DNA from: a bacterium | GTDB lineage: Bacteria; Zhuqueibacterota; Zhuqueibacteria; Residuimicrobiales; Krinioviventaceae | Reading direction: 5' to 3' | Assembly (NCBI GenBank): GCA_963674595.2 | Contig: CAXXFV010000001.1 | Coordinates: 32,001-96,000, forward strand | DNA: 64,000 nucleotides | Part shown: positions 38,447 to 50,591 of the stretch, one piece after another | Layout: each line of letters starts with the position of its first letter | How positions within the stretch are numbered: position 1 is the first letter of the stretch | The notes under the pieces: generated by a model | The model's input: only the letters and a program-made list of their open reading frames with translations | Told to the model about the DNA's origin: nothing | The model's database searches: none | Position numbers and translations under genes: made by a program

Positions 38447-39499
38447 ATGGAAAAATATTTTAAAAATCAGGTTACGGCTTTACACGGTTATACCTCACCT
38501 CCACAGACAGGTATGATCGCCAAGTTGAACCAGAATGAAAGCCCTTTTGACGTGCCGGAAACCATTAAAACAGAGCTGCTGCAAAAGATCGGTTCTCTTG
38601 AATGGAATTTATATCCGGTCAATGAATCTCCGCAATTGTGCGAAAAATTGGCGTCCAGGTTTAATGTGGCCGCCAATCAAATATTGCTGGGAAACGGTTC
38701 AAACCAATTATTGCAAACGATTCTAACCGCTGCTTTGGAATCCGGGGATAGAGTTTTATATTGCCCGCCTTCCTTTTCATTGTTTGACCTTTTTCCGGTT
38801 ATTTACGGCGGAACCTTGGTCAAGGAATTCCAGGTTCCGGGCGCAGCTTTTCCTTTGGATGCGGTTTTACAACGGATTGAAGAAGAAAATCCAAAAATTG
38901 TGCTGTTGTGTTCGCCAAACAACCCGACCGGCTCTGTCATTTCATTAGAAGATCTGAAAACAGTTTGTGAAAAATCATCGGGATTGGTGTTTTTTGATGA
39001 AGCCTATGCCGAGTTTCACTCGGAATCGGCTGTCGATTTGGTCCGGGAGTATCCGAACCTGATTATTTCGCGGACCTTTTCCAAGGCCTTTAGTCTGGCC
39101 GGATTACGTTTTGGCTATTTTATTTCAACAGCGTCAAACATTGAACAATTGCGTAAGGTTAATTTACCCTATAATGTGAATTTGATGACAGAGCAGATTG
39201 CATTGCGCTTGCTGGATGAACAAGACCTGATTCAAAAAAATGTGAAATATATTTCCGACGAACGGGACCGTGTGTACAAAGAAATGTCTGGTTTGTCAGG
39301 AATAACGGTCTATCCTTCAGCCGCTAATTTTATTTTGTTTAAAACAAACGATGGTAAAAAAACGTTTCAGCAGCTTAAAGATAAAAAAGTGCTTGTTCGT
39401 GATGTCAGTGGTTATGATTTGTGTGAAAATCATCTGCGGGTTTCCATTGGATTACGGGAGCATAACAATCTGTTTTTAGAAATATTAAAAGTTTTATGA
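38447..39499 (+). CDS. hisC: Histidinol-phosphate aminotransferase
   Basis: KLNQNESP, PNNPTG, DEAY, RTFSKAFSLAGLRFG. Confidence 0.93.
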   Translation: MEKYFKNQVTALHGYTSPPQTGMIAKLNQNESPFDVPETIKTELLQKIGSLEWNLYPVNESPQLCEKLASRFNVAANQILLGNGSNQLLQTILTAALESGDRVLYCPPSFSLFDLFPVIYGGTLVKEFQVPGAAFPLDAVLQRIEEENPKIVLLCSPNNPTGSVISLEDLKTVCEKSSGLVFFDEAYAEFHSESAVDLVREYPNLIISRTFSKAFSLAGLRFGYFISTASNIEQLRKVNLPYNVNLMTEQIALRLLDEQDLIQKNVKYISDERDRVYKEMSGLSGITVYPSAANFILFKTNDGKKTFQQLKDKKVLVRDVSGYDLCENHLRVSIGLREHNNLFLEILKVL

Positions 39500-39506
39500 G
39501 GGAACT

Positions 39507-40097
39507 ATGGAACGAACAGCCAACATAACCCGAAAAACAAAAGAAACGGACATAAAAATTGATCTGAAAATCGACGGTTCGGGGCAAGGAACTATTACTT
39601 CAGGAATCGGTTTTTTTGATCACTTGCTTGATGCATTTTGCAAACATGGCATGTTTGATTTGAATCTGCAAGCAAAAGGTGATCTGCATATTGACGGACA
39701 CCATACGGTTGAAGACTGCGGCATTGTTTTGGGCACGGCCTTAAAACAGGCGCTGGGCGACTGTAAGGGAATCGTTCGTTTTGGTCATGCTTTTTGTCCG
39801 TTGGACGAAGCCTTGTCGCGCGCCGTCGTAGACATCAGCGGTCGTGGGTTTTTTTATTACGAATGTAATATTCCCATGAAAATGGTGGGCGATTTTGACG
39901 GAGAATTATTTGTCGAGTTTTTACGGGCCTTTGCCGTTAATGCCGGGATAACGCTTCACGTTTCCATGTTATACGGTCAAAATTTGCACCACATTTTTGA
40001 GAGTATGATCAAGGCTTTGGCCCGGGCATTGAGGCAGGCTGTTGCAAATGATTTATTAAATAATGATATCCCTTCCACAAAAGGAGTTCTTGTATGA
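39507..40097 (+). CDS. hisB: Imidazoleglycerol-phosphate dehydratase (monofunctional)
   Basis: RKTKETDI, HHTVED, NLHH.FE, PSTKG. Confidence 0.95.
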   Translation: MERTANITRKTKETDIKIDLKIDGSGQGTITSGIGFFDHLLDAFCKHGMFDLNLQAKGDLHIDGHHTVEDCGIVLGTALKQALGDCKGIVRFGHAFCPLDEALSRAVVDISGRGFFYYECNIPMKMVGDFDGELFVEFLRAFAVNAGITLHVSMLYGQNLHHIFESMIKALARALRQAVANDLLNNDIPSTKGVLV

Positions 40098-40693
40098 TAT
40101 ATATTGTGGACTATGACGCCGGAAATTTACGCAGCGTTCAAAAAGCCCTTGAAAAAGTCGGCGGGAATGCCGAGGTAACGGATAATTCTGAGAAAATATT
40201 AAGCGGCGATAAAGTTGTGTTTCCCGGCGTCGGTGCATTTGGAAACGCGGTACAGGCTTTGGAAAAAAGAGGTTTACGAAATACCCTTGTTGAATATATT
40301 AATAGCGGCCGTCCGTTTTTAGGAATTTGTCTTGGAATGCAATTGCTGTTTGAACAAAGTGAAGAAAATCCCGGTGTGCAGGGTTTATCTGTGTTAAAAG
40401 GAACTGTTAAAAGATTTCTCTTTGATATCAAAGTACCACATCTCGGATGGAATGTTTTAAATCAAAAAAAAGAAACGGTTTTGTGGAACAGTATCCCCAA
40501 AGACAGTTATTTTTATTTTGCTCATTCATACTATATTTCTCCTGATGATAAAGATATTGTCATAGGGGAGAGTGATTACAACGGCGCCTATCCTGTTGCC
40601 GTGCAATATAAAAATGTTATGGGATTGCAGTTTCACCCGGAAAAATCTCAAAAAAATGGTTTACAGATTTTACAAAATTTTGTCAATTTATAG
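40094..40693 (+). CDS. hisH: IGP synthase glutaminase subunit
   Basis: PGVGAF, GICLGMQ, QFHPEKS. Confidence 0.95.
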   Translation: MIYIVDYDAGNLRSVQKALEKVGGNAEVTDNSEKILSGDKVVFPGVGAFGNAVQALEKRGLRNTLVEYINSGRPFLGICLGMQLLFEQSEENPGVQGLSVLKGTVKRFLFDIKVPHLGWNVLNQKKETVLWNSIPKDSYFYFAHSYYISPDDKDIVIGESDYNGAYPVAVQYKNVMGLQFHPEKSQKNGLQILQNFVNL

Positions 40694-40702
40694 GAGTGTA
40701 CG

Positions 40703-41431
40703 TTGATTGTTTTACCGGCGATAGATTTATTGGATGGAAAATGTGTACGTTTAAAACAGGGGGCGGAATCAACAGCAAAAATATACAGCGAAAATCCTGC
40801 TCAGATTGCTAAGGAATGGCAGGCCGGTGGGGCCGGTATTATCCATGTTGTCAATTTGGATGGCGCTTTTGGAAGGGCCCAAAAAAACACCCGGGCCATT
40901 GAAGCGATTTTGCAGGCAATAGATATTCCCATTGAGTTGGGCGGTGGTGTCCGCTCTGCTGATGACGCTGAAAAATGGCTTGATCTTGGTGTTTCCCGTG
41001 TTATTTTGGGGACCGTTGCGGTTTCTTCTCCTGATGTTGTGCAAGAGTGTATTAAAAAATTTGGTCCCGCAAAAATCGTTGTTGGTATTGACGCCCGAGG
41101 TGACAATGTTGCCATAGAAGGCTGGGAAAAGCAAACCCAAAAATCTGTTTTCGAACTTGCCAAACAAATGAAGGACATGGGTGTTGAACGTATTATTTAC
41201 ACGGATGTTCAGTGTGACGGTGAACTCGTCGGGCCTAATATTGAAAGAACAGACCGGCTTGCCAAAGAATCCGGTTTACAGGTGATTGCTTCCGGCGGAT
41301 TTTCTGAAATCAAACATTTTGAAGACCTGAAAGCGGTTAATAATGCCAATATCGAAGGCGCCATAGTAGGGACCGCCTTGTACGAACAAAATTTAACGGT
41401 AAATGAACTCGTTCGTTTATTTGAACAATAA
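40703..41431 (+). CDS. hisA: ProFAR isomerase
   Basis: [25 protein letters not shown]. Confidence 0.95.
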   Translation: MIVLPAIDLLDGKCVRLKQGAESTAKIYSENPAQIAKEWQAGGAGIIHVVNLDGAFGRAQKNTRAIEAILQAIDIPIELGGGVRSADDAEKWLDLGVSRVILGTVAVSSPDVVQECIKKFGPAKIVVGIDARGDNVAIEGWEKQTQKSVFELAKQMKDMGVERIIYTDVQCDGELVGPNIERTDRLAKESGLQVIASGGFSEIKHFEDLKAVNNANIEGAIVGTALYEQNLTVNELVRLFEQ

Positions 41432-41442
41432 AGAGAGAGAAT

Positions 41443-42201
41443 ATGCTAGCGAAACGAATTATTCCATGTCTGGATGTTAAAGACGGACGTGTTGTTAAAG
41501 GTGTTAATTTTTTGAATCTTATAGATGCCGGTGACCCGGTTGAACAGGCGAAATTTTATGACGAGCAGGGCGCGGATGAGCTTGTTTATCTGGACATTAC
41601 CGCATCTTCAGATAAGCGTGATATCATGCTGGATGTTGTGCGCCGGACGGCTGAACAGGTGTTTATGCCCCTAACCGTCGGCGGTGGTGTAAGAACGGCC
41701 GCAGATGCTCATATTTTGCTAAAAAACGGCGCCGACAAAGTTACTATGAATACCGCTGCTGTTCTAAATCCGACACTTGTTAAAGAGTGTGCCGAACGTT
41801 TCGGCAGCCAGGCCACTGTGGTTGCTATTGATGCCAAAAAAAATGAAACAGGTCGCTGGAGTGTTTATATTTACGGCGGCCGGGAAAAAACAGAACGCGA
41901 TGCTCTTGAATGGGCCCAATATGTTCAGGAACTCGGTGCCGGTGAAATTCTTTTAACTTCTATGGACCGGGACGGTACTAAAATAGGTTATGCTTTGGAC
42001 CTGACAAAAACAATTTCCAATGCCGTCACCATACCGGTCATCGCATCCGGCGGATGTGGAACGCCCGAACACATTCGTGAAATTTTAGATGAAGGGTGTG
42101 CGGATGCTGCTTTGGCAGCTTCTATCTTTCATTATCGGGAAAATTCAATTCATGAGGTAAAACAATTTTTAAAGGAGAATAATGTTCATGTCCGAAATTG
42201 A
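41443..42201 (+). CDS. hisF: IGP synthase cyclase subunit
   Basis: [32 protein letters not shown]. Confidence 0.96.
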   Translation: MLAKRIIPCLDVKDGRVVKGVNFLNLIDAGDPVEQAKFYDEQGADELVYLDITASSDKRDIMLDVVRRTAEQVFMPLTVGGGVRTAADAHILLKNGADKVTMNTAAVLNPTLVKECAERFGSQATVVAIDAKKNETGRWSVYIYGGREKTERDALEWAQYVQELGAGEILLTSMDRDGTKIGYALDLTKTISNAVTIPVIASGGCGTPEHIREILDEGCADAALAASIFHYRENSIHEVKQFLKENNVHVRN

Positions 42202-42538
42202 AAAACTGGTACAAACCGATTTTATTGAAAAAATTAAATATGATGACAAAGGACTTGTAGCGGCTATTGTTCAGGACGTCAATGATGGTACGGTCCTTAT
42301 GCTGGGTTATATGAATGCCGAAAGTTTAAAAATGACATTGGAAAAACAACTGGTCACCTTTTGGAGCCGTTCCCGACAAAAATTCTGGACAAAGGGTGAA
42401 ACATCCGGAAATTTTCTTAAAGTTGTAGAATTGTATACAGACTGTGATTCGGATGCAATTCTCGTTAAAGCAGAACCGCATGGTCCGACATGTCATACCG
42501 GCAAGCGAACCTGTTTTTCCTGGCTTTTGGAACAATAA
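42188..42538 (+). CDS. hisI: Phosphoribosyl-AMP cyclohydrolase (no fused HisE)
   Basis: [29 protein letters not shown]. Confidence 0.93.
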   Translation: MSEIEKLVQTDFIEKIKYDDKGLVAAIVQDVNDGTVLMLGYMNAESLKMTLEKQLVTFWSRSRQKFWTKGETSGNFLKVVELYTDCDSDAILVKAEPHGPTCHTGKRTCFSWLLEQ

Positions 42539-43395
42539 TGCTAAATAAAATGAAACATAAGACAATTTTCAGCACAGTGCTTTTGTTGGTATTGGTAAAC
42601 TCTTGTCTTTATTCACAACGATCTTTGCATAAAACACCGTTTAGAGAATCGACATTTGATGAATTTGCTTATCCGAATGGTATAAGAAATGAAACATTTT
42701 CGACACGTTTGCAAAATGAACTGAGTTTTACTTTTCCAAAGGCAAAAAAAACAACAGCCATCAGCTATATCACTCAGGATTCTCCAAAAGAAGTGGTTAA
42801 TTACTATTCTCAATTAAGCGGACAACGGTTTTTTAAAAATGAAGATCATTTTATTTATATCTTTTCCGAAGTTAATGGTGTGCCTGCCTGTAAAATAGAA
42901 ATTTATCCGATACATTATTCAAAAATTCAAAAGGAAATGTGGCCTACACGAATTGATTTGTGTTTTGTTAGTTATCCTATAACAGTATCATTTCCAAAAG
43001 GTTTAGATCGGAACCGGGATGAACTCAAAAAAAAGGTTGGACGTTTATTTTATGACGGTGAATTAAAAGAAGACGCTGCCATGCTTGAAATGGAAGAACT
43101 GGGTTCACCGGACGCAGAGGTTTATATTGTTTCCACCAAAGATCCTTTTGAACAGGTTTATAGCTTTTTCCGGCGAAGGTACGGCCGTATATATGTTGTA
43201 CCGGCCCGTGATGGTGACGTTTTTGTCCGCGATTTTGAGTTTGATGCCACACATACCATTCATCTTGACCAAAATAAAAAAGAGCTGTACATTCGTGTTG
43301 AAGAAAATCCTCTGGTCACGGACCAAACCGGCAACTCTCAGGTTTATCATGGCTATACATTTATAAAATATATCTTTTGGAAAAATACGGAATAA
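42538..43395 (+). CDS. Hypothetical exported protein with an internal duplication
   Basis: TAATG overlap with hisI; signal peptide; repeated motif TQDSPKEVVNYY / TKDPFEQVYSFF. Confidence 0.7.
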   Translation: MLNKMKHKTIFSTVLLLVLVNSCLYSQRSLHKTPFRESTFDEFAYPNGIRNETFSTRLQNELSFTFPKAKKTTAISYITQDSPKEVVNYYSQLSGQRFFKNEDHFIYIFSEVNGVPACKIEIYPIHYSKIQKEMWPTRIDLCFVSYPITVSFPKGLDRNRDELKKKVGRLFYDGELKEDAAMLEMEELGSPDAEVYIVSTKDPFEQVYSFFRRRYGRIYVVPARDGDVFVRDFEFDATHTIHLDQNKKELYIRVEENPLVTDQTGNSQVYHGYTFIKYIFWKNTE

Positions 43396-43646
43396 TAAAT
43401 TTAAAAAATAAATTAAATGCCTTGCAATTTCAAAGAGATTTAATTAATATTATATCTTATAGAAATATAAATACTTGTTATTCCTGCTCAGGTTTTGTTC
43501 TTTGATGTTAAATGATTTGAAATTATTGAATGTGTTAAAAATCCCTTTTGGAACAGCACTCGGTACCTGGAAAGTTGAGTTACTGGAATTGTTCCATGAG
43601 ATCGATCATAATTAGTCAAGTGTCTGTTCTATAACCCAGGAGATTT

Positions 43647-44531
43647 TTGGTGCAAACATTACTTATTATTAATCCATGTGCGGGGAAGGGAAAAGCCGAA
43701 AAGCAAGCAGATGTAATATGTTCTAAACTCAGTAATGCAAATTATCAATTTGATGTTAAATACAGTGAATATCCGACACATTCTCAACTAATAGCAAGCG
43801 AAGCTGTAAAATCCGGTTATGACAGGGTTGTAGCTGTTGGTGGTGACGGCACGGTTAACGAAGTCTTGAACGGAATTCTTATCGCAGATGGTGATCCTGA
43901 ATTTGCAATTATACCGGCAGGCTCTTGTAACGATTTTATAAAGTCCGCAGATATCCCTGCACAAATCGAAAACGCATGTGATGTTTTGATTTCCGGAAAA
44001 TCAAAACGATTTGATGTTATTCGTGTAGGTGATAGATATTGTTTTAATGCAGCAGGTGTGGGCTTTGACGTAGCCGTAACAAAAAGTATTAAAAGATCCA
44101 GGTACCTGAAAGGATTTGTTTTATATATGGTCTCCGTACTTGGAAATTTATTCCAGTTTACCGGTTTGAATTTAAAACTGGATATTGATGGTGAAAAAAT
44201 TATTCAAAGAGTTCTCATGCTGACTGTCGCCAATGGAACATGTTATGGCGGAGATTTTCGGATCGCTCCTCCGGCAGATGCAACAGATGGTTTTTTAAAT
44301 ACGATTTTAATTAATGACCTGTCACCACTCAAACGTATTTCAGCTTTAGCAAATGTACTAAAAGGCACCCATCTTGATTTGCCTGATGTTAGAATGTATA
44401 TGACTAAAAATTTATATATGCAAGCAGATAATAAATTAACACTTCAACTTGATGGTGAACTTTTGGAATGGGACTCTAACGAAATTCAACTGTCAGTTGA
44501 ACCACAAAGGATTAAAGTTATTGTACCCTGA
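43647..44531 (+). CDS. Diacylglycerol/lipid kinase (YegS/BmrU family)
   Basis: INPCAG, GGDGTVNEV, PAGSCNDF, QLDGE. Confidence 0.9.
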   Translation: MVQTLLIINPCAGKGKAEKQADVICSKLSNANYQFDVKYSEYPTHSQLIASEAVKSGYDRVVAVGGDGTVNEVLNGILIADGDPEFAIIPAGSCNDFIKSADIPAQIENACDVLISGKSKRFDVIRVGDRYCFNAAGVGFDVAVTKSIKRSRYLKGFVLYMVSVLGNLFQFTGLNLKLDIDGEKIIQRVLMLTVANGTCYGGDFRIAPPADATDGFLNTILINDLSPLKRISALANVLKGTHLDLPDVRMYMTKNLYMQADNKLTLQLDGELLEWDSNEIQLSVEPQRIKVIVP

Positions 44532-44558
44532 GTCTTTTAAAAGAATCGATTTTATAAA

Positions 44559-44933
44559 ATGAATCAAATAATAACATCAGACTCACTTCAACATGTTACC
44601 GGCACTCCCCAGGGCATACTGACCTGGTTCCCGGTGTCGGAAACTTTGTCTTTAATTGCTTTAGCGTTGGGATGTGCGCTTATTATCATCGCTTATTTTA
44701 CAGGGGCCCGGGAAAATAAAGCAAAAGTTTTGTTTAGCATTATAAGTTCAATGTTGATTATTATTTTATCCATGCCGTTGTTTTTACGACTGGGAAAGTG
44801 GCTGGGTATTTTAAATTCAACCTGGGGAGCGGTGACTGTTTTGATATTAGCCTTGTTATTTGCTGTTTGTGTTGGTGTACATGCGTATGAGGTTGTTACT
44901 GTATCAGCAAGAGAGGCAAGACCACCTGATTGA
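44559..44933 (+). CDS. Hypothetical membrane protein (about 3 TM helices)
   Basis: Open frame with three hydrophobic segments. Confidence 0.6.
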   Translation: MNQIITSDSLQHVTGTPQGILTWFPVSETLSLIALALGCALIIIAYFTGARENKAKVLFSIISSMLIIILSMPLFLRLGKWLGILNSTWGAVTVLILALLFAVCVGVHAYEVVTVSAREARPPD

Positions 44934-45134
44934 TGCTGCTGTCAGGTTGAAATTTTGAGATGAATGCGATAAATATGCACTTTGGGTTTTATAACAACCA
45001 GATTTAATTATATATTATCTTCTTGATTCTTTGTATTTGTTTTTTTAAACTATATATTGGAATATAATTTAATATCCATTGTAACCAATATCCGCTAAAT
45101 TTTTTGATAATATCAAATTTTATCGGGATTGCCC

Positions 45135-47795
45135 ATGAGTACACGAACAAAAATTGTGTTTATTGCCCTGGGTTTTGCTTTAGCCTTTTGGATTTTTGAT
45201 GCCGCACTGGATGCTTATCTTTTCAATCACTACCGCTTTTTAGATATTTTCATTATAAATGTACCTCTTCATGAAATATATATCCGCTTAATAGTTTTAC
45301 TCCTGTCGATTATTTTTGCTTATATCCTATCCAATCAATTTTTAAAAAGAGATCATACATTAAAACATTTAAAAAATTTAAATTCGATTCTAAGTGCAAT
45401 CAAAAGTGTCAATATTGTTATATCTGAACACAAAGATGACATAGCTTTAGTTGATGAAATATGTAAGGTCCTTTATAGAGAGAGAAAGTACAATAGTGTA
45501 TGGTGTTCTCTTTTTGAAAATGGGCAATTAAGGCATTTAATGACCATAGGTCTGGAAGAAAAAGAACGTGAAAAAGTTGAATCCTGGTTTTATAATAACA
45601 ACAAACCGGATTATATTGATAGCGTTCTGAATGATAGTAAAAGGATCTGTTGCGTCAGTAATGATAAAATTGTTAAAACAAATAATTTGGAAGAGTTTGA
45701 TAAAAATTCAAATTCCATATTAGCAAGAATTGAAACGACAGAAAAAGTATATGGTATTTTGTCTGTGTCACTCAACGCTGCATTTTTATCTGCGGAAAAT
45801 GAAGTTACTTTTTTAAGTGAAGTTGCAGATGGTATTGGAAATACATTAAAAAAAATGGAGCTGAATGATCTACGCAGTCAAACTGAAAAAACGCTGGCAG
45901 AAAACGAAATTAGATTTCGGGAACTCTTTGATAATATGGATAATGGTGTTGCCGTCTATGAAGCAGTAAACGAGGGTCAGGATTTTATTTTTTTGGATTT
46001 TAATAAAAAAGCAGAACAAATTGAAAAAGTTGACAAAAAAAACTTATTAGGGAAGGCTGTTACAGAGGTTTTTCCCGGTGTAAAAGAATTTGGGATTTTT
46101 GACGTTTTTAAAAAAGTATGGCAGACCGGAAATCCGGAATATTTCCCGACTTCTTTTTATAAAGATGACCGAATAGTTGGGTGGCGTGAAAATTATATAT
46201 ATAAACTTCCCTCCGGGGAAATTGTAGCGATTTATAATGATAAAACTGAGCAGAAACGTTTAGAGCAGGACCTTGAATTTAATCAGGAATTGTTGAACGA
46301 AACCGCCAGGATGGCAAAAGTTGGCGGCTGGGAACATGACTTTATAACAAGAAAAGCTATATGGACAAAGGAGCTCTATCATATTATTGGTTTGGAAGAG
46401 GGAACAGAACCCCCTGGTATGGATGAACATTTGAATTATTACCCTCCTGAAGAACGGGAAATTCTTCAACATGCATTTGAAATGTCCATCAAGAATAAAA
46501 AACCCTTTGATTTGGAATTACGGGTAAACACGGCCAAGGGCCAACAAATTTGGGCCCGTGCCATCGGGTATCCGGTTTTTAATAATGAGCAGTGTGTCAA
46601 GTTTAAAGGTACTTTTCAGGACATTACCGACCAAAAAATGGCAGAGTTTGCTTTAATAGAGAGTGAGGCCAAATATCGTCGTTTAACGGAAAATGCCCAG
46701 GATATGATTTACCGAATGTCTTTGGTAACGGGTGAATATGAATATATAAGCCCGGCTTCAACAGAAATGTGTGGTTATACACCTCAGGAGTTTTACCAAT
46801 CTTCGATGTTAATTCAAAAGTTTATTCACCCTGATTGGCGTGATTATTTTAAAAAAGAATGGGAAAAGCTTTTAAGAGGAGAAATATCGCCGATATATGA
46901 ATATCAAATTATTCATAAATCAGGAATGGAAAAATGGTTTTATCAGCGAAATGTTTTGGTACGGGATGAGCAAGGCAAGCCTATTGCCATTGAAGGAATT
47001 GTTACAGATATAACAGAACGAAAAATAGTTGAAAAAAGAATACATGATTTAAATGATGAACTGGAAAAGCGTGTTGAAGAACGAACGGATCAGCTAAAAG
47101 AAGCAAATAAAGAACTCGAAGCTTTTACCTATTCGGTCTCTCATGATCTGCGAGCACCTTTACGTGCAATTGATGGATTTTCCAAAATAATTGAAGAAGA
47201 ATATTCTAAAATTCTCGATTCTGAAGGTAAGCGATTATTTGGAATCATTCGTTCAAATACAAAAAAGATGGACCATCTCATTACAGATCTTTTACACTTG
47301 TCTCGCGTTTCACGCGGTGAATTGACCTTTTCAAATATAGATATGGCCCAAATGGCCGAGAGTATTTTTAAAGAAATATCCTCTGAACAGGTTAAAAATC
47401 AATTTACATTTAATGTTGCATCCCTGCCTGTCATTCAGGCAGATTCACGGCTTGTTAAACAAGTATGGTTAAATCTACTGGACAATGCCATAAAATATAC
47501 CTTACCGGCGCCGGAAAAGGTCATAACTGTTAACGGCTATTGTGATAATGGCATGAATGTTTTTTCCGTTTCAGATACCGGTGTTGGATTTGACGATTTA
47601 TATATTCATAAACTGTTTGGTGTATTTCAACGCTTGCATAAAGAACAGGAATTTCCGGGAACAGGTGTTGGTTTAGCTATTGTACAGAGGATTATTCAAA
47701 GACATAATGGTAAAGTTTGGGCTGAAAGTAAAAAAAATAAAGGTTCAACTTTTTATTTTTCAATTCCTAATATGGAGGAAAACGATGGCGATTGA
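45135..47795 (+). CDS. Membrane-anchored GAF/PAS sensor histidine kinase
   Basis: 2 N-terminal TMs; PAS/PAC repeats (QDITD, TDITER); H-box [10 protein letters not shown]; NLLDNAIKY; GTGVGLAIV. Confidence 0.92.
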   Translation: MSTRTKIVFIALGFALAFWIFDAALDAYLFNHYRFLDIFIINVPLHEIYIRLIVLLLSIIFAYILSNQFLKRDHTLKHLKNLNSILSAIKSVNIVISEHKDDIALVDEICKVLYRERKYNSVWCSLFENGQLRHLMTIGLEEKEREKVESWFYNNNKPDYIDSVLNDSKRICCVSNDKIVKTNNLEEFDKNSNSILARIETTEKVYGILSVSLNAAFLSAENEVTFLSEVADGIGNTLKKMELNDLRSQTEKTLAENEIRFRELFDNMDNGVAVYEAVNEGQDFIFLDFNKKAEQIEKVDKKNLLGKAVTEVFPGVKEFGIFDVFKKVWQTGNPEYFPTSFYKDDRIVGWRENYIYKLPSGEIVAIYNDKTEQKRLEQDLEFNQELLNETARMAKVGGWEHDFITRKAIWTKELYHIIGLEEGTEPPGMDEHLNYYPPEEREILQHAFEMSIKNKKPFDLELRVNTAKGQQIWARAIGYPVFNNEQCVKFKGTFQDITDQKMAEFALIESEAKYRRLTENAQDMIYRMSLVTGEYEYISPASTEMCGYTPQEFYQSSMLIQKFIHPDWRDYFKKEWEKLLRGEISPIYEYQIIHKSGMEKWFYQRNVLVRDEQGKPIAIEGIVTDITERKIVEKRIHDLNDELEKRVEERTDQLKEANKELEAFTYSVSHDLRAPLRAIDGFSKIIEEEYSKILDSEGKRLFGIIRSNTKKMDHLITDLLHLSRVSRGELTFSNIDMAQMAESIFKEISSEQVKNQFTFNVASLPVIQADSRLVKQVWLNLLDNAIKYTLPAPEKVITVNGYCDNGMNVFSVSDTGVGFDDLYIHKLFGVFQRLHKEQEFPGTGVGLAIVQRIIQRHNGKVWAESKKNKGSTFYFSIPNMEENDGD

Positions 47796-48225
47796 AAACG
47801 AGATTCAGATCCTTCTGGTTGAGGATAATCCAAATGATGCGGAGCTTACTTTAAGGGCATTAAAAAAAAATAACCTGGCAAATAAAATTATTCATGTAAC
47901 GGATGGAGCCGAGGCCCTTGATTTTGTGTTTTGCAAAGGCATGTTTTCAGACCGGGAAAAGTGTGTTAATCCAAAACTCATTATTCTGGATTTAAAGTTA
48001 CCAAAAGTCGATGGATTAGAAGTACTTAAAATATTAAAACAAAATCCGCAAACAATGTCAATTCCCGTAGTTATATTAACATCATCGAATGAAGAAAGGG
48101 ACTTGATAGAAAGTTACAAACTTGGTGTAAATAGTTATATCGTTAAACCTGTAGAGTTTGATAAATTTGCGGCATCAATAAAAGATCTTGGGTTTTACTG
48201 GTTGATTTTAAATCAACAACCATAG
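47785..48225 (+). CDS. Single-domain response regulator (Rcp1-like)
   Basis: GGAGG RBS; [30 protein letters not shown]. Confidence 0.92.
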   Translation: MAIENEIQILLVEDNPNDAELTLRALKKNNLANKIIHVTDGAEALDFVFCKGMFSDREKCVNPKLIILDLKLPKVDGLEVLKILKQNPQTMSIPVVILTSSNEERDLIESYKLGVNSYIVKPVEFDKFAASIKDLGFYWLILNQQP

Positions 48226-48245
48226 GTAACTGTTAGAGGGATAGA

Positions 48246-50591
48246 ATGGATCAGGGTAAAAAAATTAATATATTATTTATTGAAGACTTGCCTTCAGATA
48301 CAGAGCTGGCGGTATATCATTTAAAAAAACAGGGTATGCAATTTGATTATTCCCGGGTTGATACGGAACAAGCGTTTTTAGAGGCTCTGGATAAATCATA
48401 TCCCGATATAATTGTTTCAGATTATTTTATGCCGACCTTTAATGGCATGCAGGCTTTAAATATATTGTCTGAAAAGAAAATAGAGATTCCATTTATAATA
48501 TTAACCGGTTCTATAAATGAAAATACGGCTGTGGAATGTATAAAAGCCGGGGCGAATGATTATGTAATTAAAGAGTTTATTGAAAAGTTGCCTTTTTCCA
48601 TTCAGGAAGCTTTGGAACACCGCCAACAAAAAATGGAACGTGAAAAAATAGAAAATGAAAAAAAAGAAAGTCAGCGTCGGTTTTCTACATTGGTAAATAA
48701 TTTAAATGGAATGGTTTATCGTTGTAACAACGACGTTAACTGGACAATGACGTATGTTAGCGAGGGAGGAGAATTATTAACCGGTTATAACCCTAAAGAT
48801 CTGATTAATAATAATAAAGTATCCTATGCTGATCTCATTCATCCTGAAGACAGGGATATGGTGTGGTCTCAAATTCAAATTGCAATTGAAAAAAAAGAGT
48901 TTTTTAAACTTACGTATCGAATTATTGATGCCGATAAAAATCAACGCTGGGTTTATGAGCAGGGCTGTGGTATTTTTTCTAAAAATGGAAAGCTTGAAGC
49001 CGTTGAAGGTTTTATTACGGATATTTCCTCTCTGAAAAAAGCGGAACAAGTGATCATTGAGAGCGAACAAATTTTAAACAAATCCCAGGAAATTGCTCAC
49101 GTAGGTAGCTGGACACTGGAACTGGATGATATGTCGCTGTTTTGGTCTGATGAAACCTACCGAATTTTTGGGTATGATCCGCAGGAATTCTCTCTGAATT
49201 TTAATAATTTTAAAAAATGTGTGCATCCGGATGACCTTGAAATTGTTCTGGAAACCTATACAAGAGCTATTAAGACAAATACACCTTATGATATTATTCA
49301 TCGAATCATTCGGCCGAATGGAGAAGTCCGGTTTATTCATGAAAAGTCTATTGAAATAAAAGATATAAGAGGGGAAACCGTCCGTTCAATTGGCATTGTT
49401 CACGACATTACAGAACAACAAAAAGCAAAAGATCGTATTTCACATCTTAACTCAATTTTACATTCAATTCGAACCATTGACCAACTTGTCGTTAGGGAAA
49501 AAAATAAGGACAATTTTTTAAAAAAAGCAAGTACCACACTCGTTGAAACAAGGGGTTTTCAATATGCCTGGTTTTTCCTTTTTGATGATAGCATGAATTT
49601 TTACAAGGCAATAGGTGCTGATAAAAACGAAAATGCTGAAGAGTTTGAAAAATTTTTTAGTAAAAAACTTTTGCCAAAATGTATAAACAAGCATATTCTT
49701 AAGGAAAAGATTTATCGCCCTGATTCAGGAGTGGAGTGTATTGATTGTGTTCTGAAAAAAAGATATAATATAAAAAATTCACTTGTCATCCTTTTAGAGC
49801 ACGGAGACACTGTGTTTGGCGCACTCATTGTTTCATTATTTCAAAAGATGATCGATGATCCGGAAGAGGTGAATTTGCTTCAGGAACTGGCAAGTGATAT
49901 TGCTTTTGCGTTGTATGATTTTCAGTTGGAAGAAAACAGAAACCAGTTTGAAAACCAGATTAAAAAGAATTTAACCGAAAAAGAAATTCTGCTTAAAGAA
50001 ATTCATCATCGTGTTAAAAATAATTTAAATGTTATTACAAGTCTTTTAAATTTACAGGCAAATCAGGTTAAAAATAAAAAACAGGCAATTGAAGCATTTC
50101 AGGATTGCCGGAACAGGGTTTTTTCTATTGCCCTGGTTCATGAAAAGCTTTACAAGTCTAAAGATTTTGCTCAAATTGCTGTACAATCATATATCGAAAC
50201 GATGACCAACGAACTGATTTATGCGGCTTCGTCAGGACCAAATATTAAAATAGAACTCGATATTGCTCAAGCTTTTCTGGATATCAATAAAGCTATCCCG
50301 TTCGGTCTTATCCTTAATGAACTGGTTACAAATGCTCTTAAACATGCGTTTAATGACCAGGAGAACGGGATTATTGCCATTAAATTTAAAAAAGATGATG
50401 ATGGTTATTTTAAGTTGATTGTAACGGATAATGGATCAGGATTTTCACATGAAATAGATTTAAATTCAACCAATACTCTGGGTTTACAGCTTGTTGATAT
50501 GTTGACCTCACAGCTTGACGGAACATTGGCTTTTCATAATGATGGGGCTACTCAAGTTACTGTCCGTTTTCCAATAAAACAAGATGAATAG
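48246..50591 (+). CDS. Hybrid REC-PAS-PAS-GAF-HisKA_2 histidine kinase
   Basis: N-terminal receiver (IED, SDYFMP); EIHHRVKNNL; NELVTNALKHAF. Confidence 0.9.
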   Translation: MDQGKKINILFIEDLPSDTELAVYHLKKQGMQFDYSRVDTEQAFLEALDKSYPDIIVSDYFMPTFNGMQALNILSEKKIEIPFIILTGSINENTAVECIKAGANDYVIKEFIEKLPFSIQEALEHRQQKMEREKIENEKKESQRRFSTLVNNLNGMVYRCNNDVNWTMTYVSEGGELLTGYNPKDLINNNKVSYADLIHPEDRDMVWSQIQIAIEKKEFFKLTYRIIDADKNQRWVYEQGCGIFSKNGKLEAVEGFITDISSLKKAEQVIIESEQILNKSQEIAHVGSWTLELDDMSLFWSDETYRIFGYDPQEFSLNFNNFKKCVHPDDLEIVLETYTRAIKTNTPYDIIHRIIRPNGEVRFIHEKSIEIKDIRGETVRSIGIVHDITEQQKAKDRISHLNSILHSIRTIDQLVVREKNKDNFLKKASTTLVETRGFQYAWFFLFDDSMNFYKAIGADKNENAEEFEKFFSKKLLPKCINKHILKEKIYRPDSGVECIDCVLKKRYNIKNSLVILLEHGDTVFGALIVSLFQKMIDDPEEVNLLQELASDIAFALYDFQLEENRNQFENQIKKNLTEKEILLKEIHHRVKNNLNVITSLLNLQANQVKNKKQAIEAFQDCRNRVFSIALVHEKLYKSKDFAQIAVQSYIETMTNELIYAASSGPNIKIELDIAQAFLDINKAIPFGLILNELVTNALKHAFNDQENGIIAIKFKKDDDGYFKLIVTDNGSGFSHEIDLNSTNTLGLQLVDMLTSQLDGTLAFHNDGATQVTVRFPIKQDE

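Noticed and set aside
43549-43595. Possible structured leader (GGAACAG...TTGTTCC) before the lipid kinase gene
   Set aside because: Short, interrupted pairing and no recognisable riboswitch motif; could be chance.
45135-50591. Kinase / single-domain regulator / hybrid kinase triad as a novel system
   Set aside because: Widespread Cph1/Rcp1-like arrangement; nothing unusual visible.
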